From the NCBI GenBank assembly GCA_045863295.1, contig BTWA01000012.1, positions 32,001 through 96,000 on the forward strand: a stretch of 64,000 nt of DNA, in the 5' to 3' direction. A model generated the notes under the pieces. The model worked only from the letters and a program-made list of their open reading frames with translations, was not told where the DNA came from and did no database searches. The position numbers and the translations under genes were made by a program. The number at the start of each line of letters is the position of its first letter. Position 1 is the stretch's first letter. Positions 58,762 through 64,000 of the stretch are shown here, piece after piece. This DNA comes from Candidatus Hydrogenedentota bacterium (GTDB lineage: Bacteria > Hydrogenedentota > Hydrogenedentia > Hydrogenedentales > SLHB01).

Positions 58762-59775
58762 CTATTCGCGCAACAAAACATCGCAGACCAGACGGGCCTT
58801 GCTCAGCACTCCCCGGAACATGCCGCCCTTCTGCGCCTGCGCACGGAGCCCCACGATGAGTTTGCGTTGCAGCCGGTAGCGCGTGAGGCCTGATGCGCGG
58901 CTGGCGACGCTCTTTCCTTGGACCTGTTCCAGTGCTTCCCAGAAACTCGCCGGAGGATATCCCCAGACGGTCAGATCCTCTTCGGCCAGCCGGTCGACAA
59001 TAGCCCGCATCATCGAGAGTTTCAACGGATCGGCCACCAATTCCGATGCCCACTTTTCGATAGATCCGGTCTGTGGCCGATCGTGCTGCGTGACGCCAAT
59101 GGGATCTCCCAGACCGTCTGAGTGCGCGGTTCCCGGCCGTTCGCCGTAATTGACCATCGCCGGTTCATACGGCACGCCGATGTAGGCACAGATTTCCTGC
59201 ATCCAAAGTTCGGGTTTCCGAACCAAATCCTCGTACCGCACATGAAATACTTGCGGATAGTCCCTCCGCAGAAAGTCCGCGATGGCGGGAACATACCGGT
59301 TCAACAAAGGATTGTAATTCTGTGCAGCCTGATAATTTCCATCAAAAAACGAATTGGCATACGATGAAAATACCGCCAATGGATGCCGAGTCAGTACAAC
59401 GTACTTCGCATCCGGAAACACCTTGGCGATAAACGGCAAAATGAGCGCGTACGCAGGCGTCTTGTCCAGGCAAATGTGCTTTCCGCTCCCCGCAATATAC
59501 GCTCCATATAGAGTGTCGCAATATGCGCGGCATGCTTTCCAATAGTCTGATTCGCCACCGGGCAACTTGCTGATGAATAGCTTTTGTGATTCCGCCGCCA
59601 GTACATGGTCATATGGGGCTTTGTCCACGTTGGCCCATACCCCCAAGTGCGCCAACGGGGTCAGCAAGTGCGGCTCGGGGCCGCCATGAATAAGGGAATG
59701 GCCTTCCAGCATGCGTTCCAGCATCGTGCTCCCCGATCGAGGGGCACTTATCACGAAAACCATGGGAACACTCAT
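58762..59775 (-). CDS. PAPS-dependent sulfotransferase
   Basis: 5'-PSB motif APRSGSTML, LDKTP, 3'-PB motif RHPLAVFSS, RYEDLV. Confidence 0.9.
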   Translation of the reverse strand: MSVPMVFVISAPRSGSTMLERMLEGHSLIHGGPEPHLLTPLAHLGVWANVDKAPYDHVLAAESQKLFISKLPGGESDYWKACRAYCDTLYGAYIAGSGKHICLDKTPAYALILPFIAKVFPDAKYVVLTRHPLAVFSSYANSFFDGNYQAAQNYNPLLNRYVPAIADFLRRDYPQVFHVRYEDLVRKPELWMQEICAYIGVPYEPAMVNYGERPGTAHSDGLGDPIGVTQHDRPQTGSIEKWASELVADPLKLSMMRAIVDRLAEEDLTVWGYPPASFWEALEQVQGKSVASRASGLTRYRLQRKLIVGLRAQAQKGGMFRGVLSKARLVCDVLLRE

Positions 59776-59977
59776 TGAATAAACGGCCCTTCCTAGTCGT
59801 CAACAGAGTAGCTGGAAGCGTAGTCACTGGGGCGAAGCATTTCAAATTGCACAGTGTTTCAATCGGCAGTGCAGAAGATCCCGTGGCTTTTGATATAGTC
59901 TGTCGCTTGTGACCGGAAAAGGCCATTGCCGATCCGGGAGTCCTGGTAACTTCAAGCATTGAACGGGCGGATGTAGT

Positions 59978-62900
59978 GTGAAAAATGTAAAACGTGTCGT
60001 CGTCAAGGCCGCCGTGTTTGGACTAAAGCTGGCTGTCGTTGTAGGCCTCTTTGTGTTCATTTTCCGGCCAGAAACCTTTGGATTTCGCGCTGACCTCTTC
60101 AAGAATATTACTCCGTGGACGATTGTCGAGACGTGCAAGCAACTCGATCCGGTCAACGTTCTTTTGTGGCTCGGCTTTGCTTCCATCGCCAAACTGACCG
60201 GAATAACCTGCGGTATTCTCCGGTGGAACCTTTTACTGAGAGGGCAGGGTCTCAAACTTCCTATGCTCTATTTGGCGAAATGTTGGTTCTGGGGGCGGGC
60301 CATTGGTTTGTTCCTCCCGGGCACCGTGGGATTGGACGGATACAGGCTTGTCGAGTCGTCCACCTTCACGCGCGAACCCATTAAATGTACATCCGTCATC
60401 GCCGTGGAAAAGCTTACCGGGTTCATTGCATTGTTTGGTCTGGTCTTTTTGACGGTTCCACTGGGACTTCGGGTATTCAACTTCAATCTTGCCATGCTGA
60501 CTCTGGTCCTACTCTGCCTCGCAGCATTCGTGTCGGTCACACTCATGTTGCTCATGAATCCACGAGTCATACAGGTATTGGCGGCAGCATTTCCCGTGCC
60601 AGCGCGTATCCGGGACAAAGTAAACAAGTTGGGCTTTGCCGTAACGGCCTACAGCGGTCAGCGCGCGAGATTGTTACTCGCTCTGTTGCTTGCCTTTGGC
60701 GTGCATCTTGGCATTTGTTTTATGTATTTCGGCACGGCCATGGCCATCAAAGCGCCAAACACATCGTTGCTGGATATTCTGTTTGCCAGCCCACTCGTGA
60801 TTGTCGCCTCGGTTTTCGGACCCACAGTGAGTGGCGCGGGAGCCCGCGAACTTGTGTTTGGCGCGCTGCTTGGAGATAAGTCCGGCATGGCGAATGCCGT
60901 GCTGTTCGGCCATCTGGGGCTCTGGATTGGCGAAGTCATCCCTCTGATAGTTAGCCTTCCGCTGCTGCTCACGTCTACTCGTCCCAAACGCGACGTGTTA
61001 CTGGAGGAAGTGGCAGACCTCCGTCATGCCATTGATGAGGCGGATCAATCCGTTCACTTGCCCGAGGCCGACGTAATGCGTTATCGAAATACCATCCTGA
61101 GTACCTTGCTTGCTGGTCTTGCGGCTGGCGGAATCGGCGGTGCATGCATCGGCTTTGTGGAAGCTTCCTGGGTAGCCAGCACATTGAGCGGCTTGTCCGA
61201 ATTGGGTGCGTTCTGGTGGGGGACAATTGTCTACGCCGTCCTATTTGGTGGACTCGGACTGGGGGTCGGTGCCGCACTGCTATTCTTCTATTTGATTGCC
61301 GACCGCCTGGGACCGGCTTCCGTTTCTTTTGGCATCACTTTGGGCACCATTCTAGCCGTGGGTGTCTTAATTATCGGCCGCTGGCGTTACCAGCGCGATG
61401 TGCTTATCGAACACGCCCTCAGCCGAAACGAAAACCTCGCTGTATTCGGCGCCGCATTGGCCGTCTTTGCCGTTGGATTTGCTGTTGGAGGAGGAATCGC
61501 ATTCGCGTTGCGCAATCGTACACCTCTCTGGAGTAGAGCGCTCGCGACAGGTGCCCTCATCGCCGTAATTGCCGCCGCATTCTTTCGATCAGCCATGTAC
61601 GTACCTGAGGCGGAACAACGGCAGTTTGATCCACTGCCCTCGGCACAAGGCCCGAATATCATTCTCGTAGCTATCGACACACTTCGAGCGGATTACCTGC
61701 GCGCCTACCGTCCTGACGCCAAGGCCTACACGCCGAACATAGATGCGTTTTTGGGCGATAGCGTCTTGTTTGCCAGCAGTTTCGCGCAATCCTCATGGAC
61801 CAAGGCTTCGTTCGGCACCATTTTTTCAGGAATGCACCCCCAAGCCCACAAAGCAGTCACCAAAAGCGCCTCGTTGCCCAATGACGTCGAGACTCTGGCC
61901 GAAGGATTGTTTGCAGGAGGCTATTACACCCAGGGTTTCCCCAACAACGCCAACATCTTTAGTGTGTTCAACTACGGCCAGGGATTTGTCCAGTACAAAG
62001 ACTTACTGCCTGACCGGTACTGCGGAGCCACTGAGTCGGCCGCCCGCCTTTCCCTGTATGAAGTCGTCCGGCGAGTCGTGGAAACTATAAACGCGAAAGT
62101 TCTTGGCGGACGCATTGTAATCAGCAACTTCTATCAGCCGGGTGAAGTGATTACGAAAACCGCGTTGGAATGGATCGACGGAGACGAGCGTCCGGCCGGA
62201 GCACCATTCTACCTCTTCTTACACTACATGGACCCGCACGATCCATTCCGGGATCCGGAAAGGCCTGGCAAAGGCTATGCACGTGTGCAACGTCCCAACC
62301 CCGATCCGGAAAAATTTCGCGAAGCGTTTATCCGGTCATACAACTATGAAATCGAATACCTGGATGAGCAACTGGGGAAATTGTTTCAAGGGCTGAAAGA
62401 CAGGGGTATCTATGACGATGCTCTTATCGTGTTTACTAGCGACCATGGCGAAGAATTTTGTGAGCACGGAGGTTTTTGGCACGGGCTTAGTCTCTACGAA
62501 GAACAAATCCGGATCCCATTGGCCATAAAGCTCCCTGGCAACAGGCACGCCGGCGCTCGACAGACACAAATCGCAAGACATATCGACATCGCGCCAACGA
62601 TTCTACTTACCGCTGGCCTGCAGCCCTTGCCCGCCATGCAGGGAGAGCCTCTATTTTCCTTTGACGGCAATCCCGTGGATAACAGCGTGTCCGAGACCTA
62701 CGCCCACCTCGATTTCGAAGGAATCCAGCTGAAGGCCGTCCGGACTCCGGAATCGAAGCTAATTACGTCCAACGAAAACAAAAGGAAGTATGCCCCGATT
62801 GAACTGTTTGATCTCCAAACGGATCCGGCTGAGAAAAACAACTTGGCAGGCAAAAACGTACCGTCGGAACAACAACTGCTGGACCTGCTGGATCAATTTC

Positions 62901-62998
62901 AGGAAACTGTCTCAATCGTAGGTGTCGCAAACGAACAGACAACGACGGTGGACAAGGCGACAGAAGAAGCGCTTCGCAGTATTGGCTATGGCGAATAA
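59978..62998 (+). CDS. Fusion of an LPG-synthase-TM (flippase-like) domain, extra TM helices and a sulfatase/alkaline-phosphatase-superfamily domain
   Basis: RWNLLL, LPGTVGLDGYR, EKLTG, SGAGARE (UPF0104-like); PNIILVAIDTLRAD, SSWTKAS, HYMDPH, SDHGE, ELFDL. Confidence 0.85.
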   Translation: MKNVKRVVVKAAVFGLKLAVVVGLFVFIFRPETFGFRADLFKNITPWTIVETCKQLDPVNVLLWLGFASIAKLTGITCGILRWNLLLRGQGLKLPMLYLAKCWFWGRAIGLFLPGTVGLDGYRLVESSTFTREPIKCTSVIAVEKLTGFIALFGLVFLTVPLGLRVFNFNLAMLTLVLLCLAAFVSVTLMLLMNPRVIQVLAAAFPVPARIRDKVNKLGFAVTAYSGQRARLLLALLLAFGVHLGICFMYFGTAMAIKAPNTSLLDILFASPLVIVASVFGPTVSGAGARELVFGALLGDKSGMANAVLFGHLGLWIGEVIPLIVSLPLLLTSTRPKRDVLLEEVADLRHAIDEADQSVHLPEADVMRYRNTILSTLLAGLAAGGIGGACIGFVEASWVASTLSGLSELGAFWWGTIVYAVLFGGLGLGVGAALLFFYLIADRLGPASVSFGITLGTILAVGVLIIGRWRYQRDVLIEHALSRNENLAVFGAALAVFAVGFAVGGGIAFALRNRTPLWSRALATGALIAVIAAAFFRSAMYVPEAEQRQFDPLPSAQGPNIILVAIDTLRADYLRAYRPDAKAYTPNIDAFLGDSVLFASSFAQSSWTKASFGTIFSGMHPQAHKAVTKSASLPNDVETLAEGLFAGGYYTQGFPNNANIFSVFNYGQGFVQYKDLLPDRYCGATESAARLSLYEVVRRVVETINAKVLGGRIVISNFYQPGEVITKTALEWIDGDERPAGAPFYLFLHYMDPHDPFRDPERPGKGYARVQRPNPDPEKFREAFIRSYNYEIEYLDEQLGKLFQGLKDRGIYDDALIVFTSDHGEEFCEHGGFWHGLSLYEEQIRIPLAIKLPGNRHAGARQTQIARHIDIAPTILLTAGLQPLPAMQGEPLFSFDGNPVDNSVSETYAHLDFEGIQLKAVRTPESKLITSNENKRKYAPIELFDLQTDPAEKNNLAGKNVPSEQQLLDLLDQFQETVSIVGVANEQTTTVDKATEEALRSIGYGE

Positions 62999-63327
62999 CC
63001 CCAAGTGAACTGCTGTAGTAACGCCCTAAGCCCCAGGGTTTCTATTGTAACCTGTTGTGTCGGCATGTTTTACGAATATGCAGCATGTGAAAAGGAAATC
63101 TTCTTACAAGTGGTTGCAAATTCCGCTCTATCTGTCTATCATTTCCCAAGTGGGCTTGGGGGAGCATGATGCCGTATCTCGCTGTCAGTCAAGAAATCTC
63201 TATTTGCCTGACGATTGCAACATCATGCTCGCCGTGTGGTAATATGATGCAGCTATGATTGGTCGGGGGTCTGGATACGGAACGCGTAACTCTTTGGGAA
63301 CGCGCATCGTAGGGAGAAGCCCAGCGC

Positions 63328-64000
63328 ATGCAGAAATTTAGCAAGCCGGTAGTTTTTTGCACCTTGGTACTGTTGGCCCTTGTCAGCAGTGGGTGCCCGT
63401 TCCTTACGCCCCCGAATTATCTTCCATCATTCCTCGTCACTCCTGACCTGCTCGTTTTCGGGAAAGGCGTGAATACGTTGACCTTTACCGTGGCCAAGTC
63501 GTGGACTTCCACCACGGTACCGCAGTTCACGGTCACTCCAAACCAGCCTTGGATATCGGTTACTCCGACTACCGGAACCAGCAGCGGGCCAAGCAATAAG
63601 GTTACAATTACAGTTACCTTGAATCGGTCTCTGTTGGGCGGGGGAGAGAATTCCGGCCAGATTGTCGTTTCAGCGCCCGGTGTCGCTCAGACAGTGGTTG
63701 ACGTTACCGCGGACTCCGTACTTTCGGCCAACTTCGTTGCCGACAAGACTAGCGCGGCGGTGAACGACACTATTCAGTTTACCGACCTGTCCTTGATCAC
63801 GCCCGAATCTGGACCAATCATCGCGTGGGAATGGGATTTCGGTGATGGTAGCCAGAGCACCCAGCGCCACCCTCGCCATGAATATGCTCTGCCCGGCCTG
63901 TACTCGGTTGAATTGACTGTTTCCACCGCGACTGTGACCAATACTCGCCGTCGAAGCAACTATATTCTGGTCACCGGACAGAAACCGATAGCGTCTTTTA
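63328..64000 (+). CDS. Surface lipoprotein with BACON-like and PKD domains, 3'-truncated (absent from the ORF track)
   Basis: MQKFSKPVVFCTLVLLALVSSGCP lipobox; QPWISVTPTTG; PKD motif WEWDFGDG...HEYALPGLYSVELTV. Open to the window end. Confidence 0.85.
   Translation, partial: MQKFSKPVVFCTLVLLALVSSGCPFLTPPNYLPSFLVTPDLLVFGKGVNTLTFTVAKSWTSTTVPQFTVTPNQPWISVTPTTGTSSGPSNKVTITVTLNRSLLGGGENSGQIVVSAPGVAQTVVDVTADSVLSANFVADKTSAAVNDTIQFTDLSLITPESGPIIAWEWDFGDGSQSTQRHPRHEYALPGLYSVELTVSTATVTNTRRRSNYILVTGQKPIASF

Noticed and set aside
1..64000. CRISPR arrays, IS/transposases, prophage, rRNA/tRNA and defence systems
   Set aside because: No regularly spaced direct repeats or diagnostic motifs were seen by eye. 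Short or highly diverged elements could have been missed.

Overview
A gene-dense bacterial chromosomal window made mostly of housekeeping and metabolic genes. I saw no rRNA, intact tRNA, CRISPR array, IS element or prophage gene. A lipoprotein with a 'GCP' lipobox plus BACON/PKD domains is reminiscent of Candidatus Hydrogenedentes, but that taxonomy is only an inference. Contents from left to right: tandem RND permeases; exeA/exeB-like pair; aroF-scpB-rluB; glgP; an SGNH hydrolase; an orphan ftsA behind an 810-aa pseudo-Hpt/coiled-coil gene; cysC; a LysM amidase; an Mla/MCE transporter directly preceded by a sigma-factor-less partner-switching module; ispH; PhzF; GlpQ; two tandem PilZ/pseudo-receiver proteins; an rlmI-like gene; a sugar-acid cluster (UxuB-like SDR, HAD, pdxB, LarA-family epimerase, PPi-Pfk, gnd, TIM-barrel isomerase); an Lgt-like gene with degenerate catalytic motifs; SRPBCC; a BNR hydrolase; a sigma54-driven acyl-reductase plus phasin-like gene; yhbY; MarR; two TolB-like proteins; an MFS; a diguanylate cyclase; a sulfotransferase; a flippase-sulfatase fusion; and a truncated PKD lipoprotein. 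The best candidate for an undescribed system is an unannotated 51-aa secreted Cys-containing peptide gene (45617-45772, minus strand). It has its own promoter and RBS and lies directly upstream of the non-canonical Lgt homolog. All calls come from motif recognition by eye; no searches were run.
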